Shown one piece after another: positions 23,483-38,742 of a DNA stretch of 64,000 nt. Below the pieces are notes generated by a model that was not told the DNA's origin, made no database searches, and worked only from the letters and a program-made list of their open reading frames with translations. Position 1 is the first letter of the stretch, and the number at the start of each line of letters is the position of its first letter. The DNA is taken from assembly GCA_964016885.1 (NCBI GenBank), contig OZ024743.1:369334001-369398000 (forward strand), given 5' to 3'. A program made the translations under genes and the position numbers. The stretch comes from Eledone cirrhosa. Its lineage: Eukaryota.

Positions 23483-26248
23483 GCGGTATGGCGCGCGGAC
23501 CTCTACACGGCCGAAGCCCTCAGGCAGCTCTGTAACCCCCTCTTTTACCGCCCTCTACCCTCCGATCCCACCCCCCTCTACCAACAACAAGTCTCCTCCA
23601 CCATCAAAGACCTTATCGCCTCCTCCCCCCCACCGCTTCCCACCTCATCGTCCGCACCCCCCGCACCCCCACCATCTACTTCCTCCCCAAACTCCACAAA
23701 CCCGACAACCCCGGCCGCCCCATCGTCTCCGCTTGCAACTGCCCCACCGAACTCATCTCCGCCTTTCTCGACTCCCTCCTCGCCGCCCTTGTCACCACCC
23801 TCCCCTCCCACATCTCTGACACCAACCACGCCCTGCGCCTTTTCGACTCCTTCACCTACCTACCCGGCCCTCAGCCATTCCTCTTCACCCTAGACATCAA
23901 GTCCCTCTATACCGTCATCCCCCATGCCGACGGCCTTCGCGCCCTCAAACACTACCTCGACCTTCGCCCCTCCCCCATTCCCTCCACCCCCACCCTCCTT
24001 CGCCTCGCCGAGCTGGTCCTCACCCTAAATTGTTTCTCCTTCTCGGGTGAGTTTTACCAACAGGTCACGGGGGTAGCCATAGGCACAAGAATGGGCCCAA
24101 ACTATGCCAACCTTTTTGTTGGCCATGTTGAGGCCCAAATCTTTGCCCAGTACACCGGCCCCACGCCCGAACTGTATCGGTCGTTACATTGACAACTGTA
24201 TCGGAGCCACGACCCTCACCCGAGAACAGCTCGACTCTTTTCTCTCCTTCTTCTGCTCCTTCCACCCCTCCCTCCACTTCACCACCTCTATCTCCACCAC
24301 CCACGTCCACTTCTTGGACATCTCCGTCGCCTTCGACCCCTCCCACCACTCCCTCGTCACCTCCGCCTTCTTCAAACCCACCGACTCCCACTCTTACCTC
24401 GACTTCACCTCTTCCCACCCCACCCACACTAAACACTCTATTCCCTACTCCCAACTCCTCAGGTCCGCCGCCTCTGTAGCCGAGATGCTGACTTCGAGAC
24501 CCAGGCCCTTTCCCTAGTCAGCCATTTCATCCGCAGAGGTTACCCCCCTCTCTCGTCCACACCGCTCTCACCCGCGCCCGTGCTATCCCCCGCTCCACCA
24601 CCCTCACCCCACGCCACCGCACACCCACCCACCGTCTCCCCTTCCCCATCACCTACCACCCCTCCACCTTACCCCTCCACCGCACCATCCGCCGCCTCTT
24701 CCGACGCCTCCAGTCCGACCCCTCCACCTCCCACATCTTCCCAACTCCACCACTCCCTTCCTTCAAACGCGCACGCAATCTCCGCACCCTCCTCGTCCAC
24801 AGCTCCCTACCCCCCAACCCACGCTCCGTTTCCCCCCCCGGTTCCTTCCCCTGTTCTAGGCCCCGCTGCAACACCTGTCCCCACATCACCAACACCACCA
24901 CCTTCCAGGGTCCCAACGGCCACACTCTCTCGGTCCGGCATGCCTTCCGCTGCACCTCCTCCAACCTAGTCTACGGACTTCGTTGCACGGAGTGCAGCGC
25001 GACTTATGTCGGACAGACGGGACGTCGCCTGGCGGACCGAGTCACGGAGCACCTCCGGGACATTTGTCTCGGGGGCAGTTCCCCCATCGCCCGCCACTTT
25101 GGTGGCCCTGGACACTCCGCACGCTATCTCACAGTCTGTGGCCTACTCCAGTGCCACGGAACCCCCGCCCATCGCCTTACGGTCGAACAACGCACTATCT
25201 TCATCTTACAGACCCACACTCCCCCCGGCCTGAACTCCCCACCCATATTCCTTTAGCGTTCGACCGCCCCCCTCCCCCACACTTATCCCCCACTAACACC
25301 ACTAACACACCCCTCCTTTTCACCGCCCACCCCACACTAACAATACTAACACCTCCACTCCACCCCTCATCTGACCACCCTTCCCCAACTAACATACTAA
25401 CATCCCTTCCCTCCCCTCTTCTCCTCCCCCCTCCTTATCACACGCACACACGCACCCACTTACACCACCCACCCCACACGCAACTAACATCACTAACACC
25501 CTCCAACCCCATGCACACGTACCCACACACCCTCGTACCCACCAACTCTACACACCCTACCCCCACAAACCCCCACTCACACCTGCATTCCACCCCTCCC
25601 CACCTCCCGTATACTAACACCCACTAACACCTCTTCACCAAACTACACACACACCAGTACACCACACTCCCTCCATAGAACCACACACACCCTTCTCTCC
25701 CCGCTCCACACTCACTCATCCCACTAACACCCCTACTAATACACACACACACACACACACACCCTCCTCACTCCAACTCTCACACCTACCCATCCTCGCC
25801 TCCCTACCATTCCGCCGACTGCTGCTATGCCCTTCCGACCACTGTCTCAGCACCAACTGACCACAGCACTTCCACTGCTGACCACTTCCTGTTGCGCGCG
25901 CACCCCACATCTCTCCTCTTCCGACCACCGCTTCTTGGATTACCCACACGCGTTTTGACTTCTAACCAAAATCTCCATACATCCGTGTAACTTACCACTT
26001 TTCAACCCTCCTCTTACACCATCACCTATATAACTCACCCACACACACACCCCAAAACATTTTTTTTATCCACACGCCACCCACACCCACAACACGCTTA
26101 AACCACACACACGTGCTTCCCACCACATATTTACACCCTCTCCCCCACCCCCCTATCCACACACGCACAGACCCTCCGACCCACAAAAACATCCCCCACA
26201 CACACCTTCCTGAACATGCAACCCCGTTCTTCCCCCAACCCTCACTTT

Positions 26249-26285
<37 letters not shown>

Positions 26286-26492
26286 CTAACCACACACACC
26301 ACCTTCAGCCCTCCCCGCTCGGACACCCCGTCTCCCTCTCCCCACTCCACCCGCCACCACCTCTACTCACCCCACACCCTTCCACCACCTGTTTACCCCC
26401 CTTTTAATTTCAGTTTATTTTGATCATGCCTTTATTTTTAAATTTTCTCATTCCTTGTATTTTGATCATGCTTTATTTTTATTTATTATTTA

Positions 26493-27307
26493 CTAGCAGT
26501 AAAGCCCGGCGTTGCTCGGGATCGCTCAATAGCTGTGTTAAAGTTACAATGTTAAGTTTCTTTTTTGGCTTAAAAACTGTAGTGTCTACTGTGCAGACTT
26601 GCATGTGGTGTTTTTGATTAATATTCCCTCAACCAACAATATGCCTTATGAAGTTAAGAAAACATAACGATAACCCGAATGTTATAACAAAAGAGGATGC
26701 TGGGGATAAAAACTGCACTGGTTATTTATTAACAAAGATCGAAAATGTAAACACTGCAACGCAGAGAAAAACATTAGCGTAACCAAATTATCAGTTATGT
26801 CTGTCTGCACGCCTATATCACCTCTCTGCACGACTGTCTGTCTGCACGCCTGAAATATTTGCTTGTTTTACGTAGTCTTTAAATAGACTTGTTTTCAAGT
26901 AAAAATATTGTTTTAAAATGCTTTTAAATGGAAATGAAGCAAAACGGAAGCTTAGTGTTCGAACTGATGAATTTTGCAGGTCAATATTTTGCTGGCTCGA
27001 CAACTGTTCGTGTATTGTGTTAATGTCATTTTAAACGCTGAGAAAGCCAGCGTAATTTTTTACGTAAGACGCTCAATGTAAACAGAACAAAGGGAAATAA
27101 CTGATAACTTACGCTCAAAAATCGATACATTATATTCGATTTCGTCACATAGGGTGGGTCAATTTGAAATATTTTTTTTCCGATGTCTTCGCTAGGGCTC
27201 AATGTACAAGTATAGCAATTTTGGTGCAATTCCGTGAGAGATTCTAAGAGGAGATGTGTGCCAAAAATCGATAGACAGACAGACAACCACAGTTTTATAT
27301 ATATAGA
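26493..27307 (-). mobile_element. Non-autonomous Helitron nested in the PLE 3'UTR
   Basis: Minus strand starts A|TC (tctatatatataaaac...(GTCT)n) and ends with hairpin cccgagcaacgccggg then CTAG|T; no TSD. Second copy at 55098-55966. Confidence 0.85.
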
Positions 27308-27399
27308 TTATATTTTTGTCTTTATTTGTTAACTTTTCATTCACACCGTTTCCTTTCGCTATATGTCTCTCCACCACTCCTCCACACACCTTTTGAACT

Positions 27400-27435
27400 C
27401 TTACCTGAAGAAGGCCTTATGCCCGAAACGTCGTC
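27400..27435 (+). ncRNA. Minimal hammerhead ribozyme motif at the PLE 3' end
   Basis: CTGAAGA-a-ggc-cttat-gcc-c-GAAA-cGTC; the short palindromic helix III (ACGT) is typical of PLE-associated hammerheads. Confidence 0.7.
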
Positions 27436-27521
27436 CCCCACCTACCCCCCACTCTCCTGAGCGTGAATTTAATAAACATTTATCGTACTGCCTCTCTGTT
27501 CTGTCCCTGTTCAATTTTTCA

Positions 27522-27613
27522 TTATATATATATATATATATATATGTGTATGTATATATATATATGTATGTATATATATATATGTATGTATATATATATA
27601 TGTATGTATATAT

Positions 27614-27647
<34 letters not shown>

Positions 27648-27673
27648 GTATATATATATATGTATGTATATAT

Positions 27674-27707
<34 letters not shown>

Positions 27708-28573
27708 GTATATATATATATGTATGTATATATATATATGTATATATATATATGTATGTATATATATATGTATGTATATATATATGTATGTATATATATA
27801 TGTATATATATATGTATGTATATATATATGTATGTATGTATATGTATGTATATATGTGTATATGTATGTATATATATGTATATATATATGTATATATATA
27901 TATGTATGTATATATATGTATATATATATGTATATATATATATGTATGTATATATATGTATATATATATGTATATATATGTATGTATATATATGTATATA
28001 TATATGTATGTATATATATATGTATATATATATGTATGTATATATATATGTATATATATATGTATATATATGTATATATATATGTATGTATATATATGTA
28101 TATATATATGTATGTATATATATGTATATATATATGTATGTATATATATGTATATATATATGTATGTAAATATATGTATATATATATGTATGTATATATA
28201 TGTATATATATATATGTATGTATATATATGTATATATATATGTATGTATATATATGTATATATATATGTATGTATATATATGTATATATATATGTATGTA
28301 TATATATGTATATATATATGTATGTATATATATGTATATATATATGTATGTATATATATGTATATATATATGTATGTATATATATGTATATATATATGTA
28401 TATATATATATGTATATATATATATGTGTATATGTATGTATATATGTATGTGTATATGTATGTATATATGTATGTATATATATATGTATATATATATATG
28501 TATATATATATATGTATATATATATATGTATATATATATATATGTATATATATATATGTATATATATATATGT

Positions 28574-28655
<82 letters not shown>

Positions 28656-29009
28656 GTATATATATATGTATATATATATGTATGTATATATATGTATATA
28701 TATATGTATATATATATGTATATATATATATGTATATATATATATGTATATATATATATGTATATATATATGTGTATATATATATGTATATATATATGTG
28801 TATATATATATGTGTATATATATATGTGTATATATATATATGTATATATATATATGTATATATATGTATATATATATATGTATATATATATGTATATATA
28901 TATGTATATATATATGTATATATATATGTATATATATATATGTATATATATGTATGTATATATATATGTATATATATGTATATATATGTATGTATATATA
29001 TGTATATAG

Positions 29010-29043
<34 letters not shown>

Positions 29044-29620
29044 GTATATAGATATATGTATGTATATATATGCATGTATATATATGTATATATGTATATG
29101 TATATAGATATATGTATGTATATATATGTATATATGTATATATGTATGTATATATATGTATATGTATATATATGTATGTATGTATATGTATATATGTATA
29201 TGTATATATATATATATGTAGATGTATATATATATATGTAGATGTATATATATATATGTAGATGTATATATATATATGTATGTATATATATATACATGTA
29301 TGTATATATATATGTATGTATGTGTATGTATATATGTATGTATATATATATGTATGTATATATGTATGTGTATGTATATATGTATGTATATATATATGTA
29401 TATATATATGTATATATGTATGTATATATATATGTATATATGTATGTATATGTATATATGTATGTATATATATGTATATATGTATGTATATATGTATGTA
29501 TATATATGTATATATGTATGTATATACATGTATATATGTATGTGTATATATGTATGTGTATATGTATGTATGTATATATATATATGTATGTATATATGTT
29601 TGTATATATATATATATATA
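27522..29620. repeat. ~2.1-kb compound (TA)n/(TATG)n microsatellite
   Basis: Direct reading; source of spurious ORFs. Confidence 0.95.
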
Positions 29621-29624
29621 ACTT

Positions 29625-30239
29625 TATGTCAGGTCACCAGTTGGTGCTACTGGTAACATGTATCCCAGTACAACCTGTCTCATGGTCGGGTCGTTGGCGA
29701 CTAAACTGGCAACCCCACCAAGGTTTCTTGGTGAGGAGGGTGACTTTGGACATCCTGCAGGACTAAAAACAAAACCTGTCAAAGGGCAAAGGAGCTCTTA
29801 TTAGTCAATGGCCATCTAAAATCATCGGGAGAGATGACCCCGTAGCCTTTGTCAAGGCAGAATTCTAGGAGAAGGAAAACTCTGATATAACACCTGCAAC
29901 CCTGATGGTATCCAATGATGTTGACTTGTTCTTCTTTTTGGTAAATATCATCTTGGTTAAGAGAGTGGGACTGGCTTTGTGCAGTGCCTTTGCTCACTAT
30001 AAAAGCTTCATGGCACAGGCATTGCTTTATATCTGGAGATCTCTCTGCACTTGTCGTCACATGGTACCATGGGCCCAGCACTATGTGTCAATAATTGTCA
30101 CAGGTGTAGTGTTTGTACCAGAGTTTTCAAGTCGTTGGCTGGACTAAAAAGTCACACTTGCTCAGCGCATCGGTAGGGTTTCTCCTACATGGATATAAAG
30201 TAGTGGCCGTACTCGAAAACGAGTTGGCAGCCACCACCA
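29625..30239 (+). mobile_element. ~610-bp non-autonomous RTE-derived element, copy 1
   Basis: Three copies in the window. The 3' part encodes an RTE-type C-terminal Zn motif ([17 protein letters not shown]); short (CCA) tail. Confidence 0.65.
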
Positions 30240-30348
30240 TATATATATATATATATAACTTTAACTTTGAATAACTTTGAAATGTTTTGGCCAGTATTGG
30301 CCCAGGCCATGTCTAACTTAATAGCACCACCTGGCGAAGTCTTTCAAT

Positions 30349-33300
30349 TCAGGATTTGGGCACCATGGCCCATTCGAGAAGAGAATTACTGTTTGCAGAG
30401 ACATATCCGGGTGTGGGTGGTTTGTCCGGGATTACTTGGAGGAATTTGTCCAAAGACTTCTTGAATTTTGTGTGGTCAGTTTCTGTTTTGACGTGTCCTG
30501 GTGTGATGTTGAAGAGAGCAGGGCCGATTGAGGTGAAATAATTGTGCCGTATTGTTGTTATGAGTTGCGATTTAGATTTTTGTATGGGACGGATAGCACG
30601 GGACCCAAGCCTTGGGTGTATCTTGAAGGCGATGCCAACATCATTTGGGCAGTGATGATGGAACATTTTCCACATCATGCAGATAATATAACGCTCACGG
30701 CGACGTTGGAGTGAGTAAAGTTTCAGGTTTTCTAGTCGACCCCAGTAGTCAAGGTCTGACATGCCATCTATCTTTTTCGTGATTGCCCTTTGAGGAGCTT
30801 CAAGTTTCATGATACTTTGTTTCGTGTGGGGAGACCACAGTGGACAACAGTATTCAAGGTGTGGTCGGGCAAAAGTAGAGAAGAGAAGGATAATGGTGCG
30901 GGAATCTCTCGACTGGAAGGTTCTGAGGATCCAGGAACACATTCTGCGGGCCATGTCAACTTTGCTGCTTATATGCGTGGCCCAGCTTATGTTGCTGTCC
31001 ACGGTTACTCCCAAGTCTCTGATGTTGTTAGATGCCACGAGAGTTTCCCCGGAGGGAAGGGAGTACGGGAGTTTCAGAGCATCCTCTTTTCCAAAGTGGA
31101 TCAGTTCGAATTTGTCTTCGTTCAGTAACATGTTGTTCTTTTCCGCCCATTGGGTAACAGCCAGTAGGTCTGACTGAAGGCTTATCCGGTCATCCACGCC
31201 ATTGATGACCTTTTGGAGCTTGGAATCATCAGCGAAAATTTTAATGTTGCTGTGTTTGATGATGTCAGTGATGTCATTAATATAGATGATGAAGAGAAGT
31301 GGGCCCAACACAGTGCCTTGTGGGACTCCACTACTGACTTTGGCTGGGCTGGATTTGACTCCTTCACCTACAACATGTTGGGTTCTGTTTGACAGGAAGC
31401 TCTTGATCCACTGCAGCAGCTTTCCAGTGACACCAATATTGGACAGCTTTCTCAGTAGAATGTTATGATCAACCCTGTCAAAGGCCTTGCTGAAATCAAG
31501 GTAGATAACATCAGTGTTGGAACCCTCTCCCAAGGCTCTCAAAATGTCATCAAAGTGATGCAGTAGCTGCGTCAGGCAATCCCTTCCATTACGGAATCCA
31601 TGCTGGTTGGAGTTCAGCATATTGTTACTCTCAAGGAAGTGGGTCATTCGCGATCTCACCACTCGCTCAAATACCTTAATGATATGAGAGGTGAGTGAGA
31701 TTGGACGGTAATTCACGTCAAGGGATTTGTTTCCCTTTTTGAAAACTGGGACAACAGACTGGGATAGAAAGTTTTCTGGCACATATCCAGCATCCAGTGA
31801 GTTCCGCCACAGATTGGCAAGAGGAGATGCAAGTTGGTGTTGACACGCCTTCAAGACACAAGCAGGGAACCTATCGGGACCTACTGCTGAATTATGCTTG
31901 ATTTCCTTTATTGCCGCTAAGACATCAGGGGCGCCAAACGTTATGTCCGATAAGGTGTAATGGGGAGTAACATCGCCGATACAGCCCAGATCGGCCATAT
32001 CAGGATTGCTGAAAACAGAGCAGTATTGTTTCTGCAGTATCTCACCCATGGTTTTAGCATTGTCTTGAAGAGTGCCATTTTCATCAATTAGAGGGCCAAC
32101 AGTAGAGCCAGTGATTTTGTGTTTTTTTGCAAATGAAAAGAACACTTTGGGATTGAGTTTGATCTTCTCAATGGCCCAGGCCTCTTCAGCTCTTCTCTGA
32201 TTGTTGATGAGGGACATTATGTTGTTTTGGAGGTTATGTTTTTTAATCTCTAGTGATGAAATGGCAGTCAAGTTGATGTGTTGCTGCTGACAGTATTTCA
32301 GCTTGTTGATTTTTTTGTTCGTTCTCTTAATTTTTCTGATGAGCGTTTTTCTATTTCTAGGGATTCTGCTCTTAGATTTGTTTATAGTTCTTAATGGGGT
32401 GTGTTTAGCACATATGTTTGTAACAGTGTCCACAAATGTCTGCCAGGACTTTTTGATGTTAGTGGGTGTATGAGTGTGCGTGAAGGACCAGTCGACATGT
32501 GCAAGATCATGACTGATCGCTTCCCAGTTTGCATTGTGGAAATCCATAGCATCAAACGGATGGACAGGAGAGATGACATTGGGTTTGTATATTGGACGGT
32601 GGAATCTCAGATCACAGAGAACCATGTCATGATCAGAGAGTAGAGTTTTCTCCACTGCAATATTGTGGATATTGTCAGTGTGATTGCTGAAAATTAAGTC
32701 TAGGACGTTTTTGTGGCACCTCGTTGGTTCGAGCACCAGTTGGGATAGGAAGAAATCATCCATGAAGTCAAGAAGCGATTCCACTGCTTCCCTGTCAGAG
32801 GTTGAGGCAGAAGAACCTGGTGGCAGGCTGTTTGTGGACCAGTCAACTCCGGGGAGGTTGAAGTCCCCCATCATTAAGATGTTGTCAGGGTGACACTCTT
32901 GGATGAAACACTTTATGCTGTTGAGGCATTCCTTGAAGCATGGTACAGGCGTTTGGGGTGGCCTATAGAGCCCAACTACTATTAGGTTGTTGGTTTGACT
33001 GAATACAGTGACTGCTTCACAGTATCCATTAGTGAATATGTTCATAGCCTCTGTTGAGAAAGAATTATGGACATAAATGGCAGTTCCGCCCTTTCTTCTG
33101 CCAGCGCGATCAGCACGGATGGCTTTGAAATTTTTCACTTTCACCTCGGCTTCCAAGTGGAGGTTACTGAGATGGGTTTCAGTGAGGACGAAGAAAGGGA
33201 TGTGGTTTGGATGGACATCAATCCAGTCCTCCAGGAATTTGATCTTCCATTTTTGAGTATTGGTGGAAGGGCTGATGCCTTGGGCGTTAAGCAAAAATGT

Positions 33301-33369
33301 AGAGGCGAGAGTGGATGGTTTTAATTGTTTTGGTGTGTTGTTAATTTGTTTGTTTGTTAATGGCAGCAA
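30349..33369 (-). CDS. CR1-group ORF2: APE endonuclease plus reverse transcriptase (1006 codons, intact)
   Basis: EN motifs LTETHL, YRPP, MGDFNLP, LDLIF, SDH. RT motifs NYRPISLTS, YLDFSKAFD, SGVPQGTVLGPLLF, FADDSK, RDLGV, RPHLEYC. Confidence 0.92.
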   Translation of the reverse strand: MLPLTNKQINNTPKQLKPSTLASTFLLNAQGISPSTNTQKWKIKFLEDWIDVHPNHIPFFVLTETHLSNLHLEAEVKVKNFKAIRADRAGRRKGGTAIYVHNSFSTEAMNIFTNGYCEAVTVFSQTNNLIVVGLYRPPQTPVPCFKECLNSIKCFIQECHPDNILMMGDFNLPGVDWSTNSLPPGSSASTSDREAVESLLDFMDDFFLSQLVLEPTRCHKNVLDLIFSNHTDNIHNIAVEKTLLSDHDMVLCDLRFHRPIYKPNVISPVHPFDAMDFHNANWEAISHDLAHVDWSFTHTHTPTNIKKSWQTFVDTVTNICAKHTPLRTINKSKSRIPRNRKTLIRKIKRTNKKINKLKYCQQQHINLTAISSLEIKKHNLQNNIMSLINNQRRAEEAWAIEKIKLNPKVFFSFAKKHKITGSTVGPLIDENGTLQDNAKTMGEILQKQYCSVFSNPDMADLGCIGDVTPHYTLSDITFGAPDVLAAIKEIKHNSAVGPDRFPACVLKACQHQLASPLANLWRNSLDAGYVPENFLSQSVVPVFKKGNKSLDVNYRPISLTSHIIKVFERVVRSRMTHFLESNNMLNSNQHGFRNGRDCLTQLLHHFDDILRALGEGSNTDVIYLDFSKAFDRVDHNILLRKLSNIGVTGKLLQWIKSFLSNRTQHVVGEGVKSSPAKVSSGVPQGTVLGPLLFIIYINDITDIIKHSNIKIFADDSKLQKVINGVDDRISLQSDLLAVTQWAEKNNMLLNEDKFELIHFGKEDALKLPYSLPSGETLVASNNIRDLGVTVDSNISWATHISSKVDMARRMCSWILRTFQSRDSRTIILLFSTFARPHLEYCCPLWSPHTKQSIMKLEAPQRAITKKIDGMSDLDYWGRLENLKLYSLQRRRERYIICMMWKMFHHHCPNDVGIAFKIHPRLGSRAIRPIQKSKSQLITTIRHNYFTSIGPALFNITPGHVKTETDHTKFKKSLDKFLQVIPDKPPTPGYVSANSNSLLEWAMVPKS

Positions 33370-33952
33370 TGGGAGTTTGTGCAGTGGGGTGATAGTGGAG
33401 GGTGGTGCTGGGTGATAGCTCGAATGTTTTTTTCCAGTTCTTTTGCCAGATTCATTATGGCTAAAAAAGAGGAAGAAGTTTCCTGTTTAGAAGACTGTTG
33501 GTGACTGTGGTAGTGGTTATTTTTATGTAGGTTATGGTTTTTGTTTTTGCTTTTATTTTTAATTTTATTTTCATTTGTCCGACGGGTCCCCGGGAGATGG
33601 GTAAAGGGACAATCCCGGTCTAAACACAATCTGTCTCGCAGGGAAAAGCGGCAGATTTGTGGATTCCTTGTTTGAGTTATTGGTGGTTGTGTTGGTGTTA
33701 AATTAGAGTATGTATTATGGTGGTGGCTATTTGTGGGGATAGATCGTTTTGTCCTAGGTAAATGGGTGAATTTGCAGCCACTATCCGTACATATTGTATA
33801 GCGTAGAGAGTAGCGGCAAATGATGGGGTTTCGAGTGGGTGGGTATGTGGGTGTGTGTGTTGTGAGAGGTGTAGATGATAGTTTGAGTAGGATTTGACGA
33901 CCTTTGTGGACTGTGGGAGGGAGAGTTCTTGTACTGGTATTAGAAGGTAAAG
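33357..33952 (-). CDS. CR1-group ORF1 C-terminal part with two CCCH zinc fingers
   Basis: Frame is open from ~33952 to the stop at 33357; contains [19 protein letters not shown] and [19 protein letters not shown] (C-x7-C-x4-C-x3-H). Confidence 0.75.
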
Positions 33953-34108
33953 TATATATGTAAATATATATATATATGTATGTATATATGTTTGTATATA
34001 TATATATATGTATGTATATATATGTATATATATATGTATATATGTATGTATGTATGTATATATATGTATATATATATGTATATATATATGTATGTATATA
34101 TTATATAT

Positions 34109-34716
34109 TATGTCAGGTCACTAGTTGGTGCTACTGGTAACATGTATCCAGTACAACCTGTCTCATGGTCGAGTCGTTGGCGACTAAACTGGCAACCCCA
34201 CCAAGGTTTCTTGGTGAGGAGGGTGACTTTGGACATCCTGCAGGACTAAAAACAAAACCTGTCAAAAGGGCAAAGGAGCTCTTAAGAGTCAATGGCCATC
34301 CAAAATCACCGGGAGAGATGACCCCTTAGCCTTTGTCAAGGCAGAATTCTAGGAGAAGGAAAACTCTGATATAACACCTGCAACCCTGATTGTATCCAAT
34401 GATGTTGACTTGTTCTTCTTTTTGGTAAATATCATCTTGGTTAAGAGAGTGGGACTGGCTTTGTGCAGTGCCTTTCCTCACTATAAAAGCTTCACGGCAC
34501 AGGCATTGCTTTATATCTGGAGATCTCTCTGTACTTGTCATCACATGGTACCATGGGCCCAGCACTATGTGTCAATAATTGTCACAAGTGTAGCGTTTGT
34601 ACCAGAGTTTTCAAGTCGCTGGCTGGACTAAAAATTCACACTCGTTCAGCGCATCGGTAGGGGTTCTCCTACATATAAAGTAGTGGCCGTACTCGAAAAC
34701 GAGTTGGCAGCCACCA
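34109..34716 (+). mobile_element. ~610-bp non-autonomous RTE-derived element, copy 2
   Basis: Closely similar to 29625-30239. Confidence 0.65.

Positions 34717-38742
<4,026 letters not shown>

Larger units (their letters stand above)
23483..27521 (+). mobile_element. Penelope-like element (Neptune-type), 5'-truncated, with long C/A-rich 3'UTR
   Basis: RT motifs YFLPKLHKPDNPGRPIVS, LFTLDIKSLYT, GVAIGTRMGPNYANLF, RYIDN. Cys linker CSRPRCNTCPH. GIY-YIG NLVYGLRCTECSATYVGQTGRRLADRVTEH...PGLN, ending ~25255. A few frameshifts. Hammerhead motif and aataaa at the 3' end. Confidence 0.9.
30257..33952 (-). mobile_element. CR1-group LINE, 5'-truncated within ORF1
   Basis: ORF1 remnant, intact ORF2, short 3'UTR and a (tc)aaagttat-type repeat tail. 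Confidence 0.9.

Noticed and set aside
23049-26407. Proline-rich extensin-like ORFs
   Set aside because: Alternative frames of the C-rich Penelope element and its UTR.
29625-34716. LTR-retrotransposon-like layout (direct ~610-bp repeats around an RT ORF)
   Set aside because: The interior is an antisense CR1-group LINE with its own tail; no integrase, PBS or PPT is seen. The repeats are separated from it by microsatellite, and a third copy at 56307 shares variants with each, indicating independent insertions.
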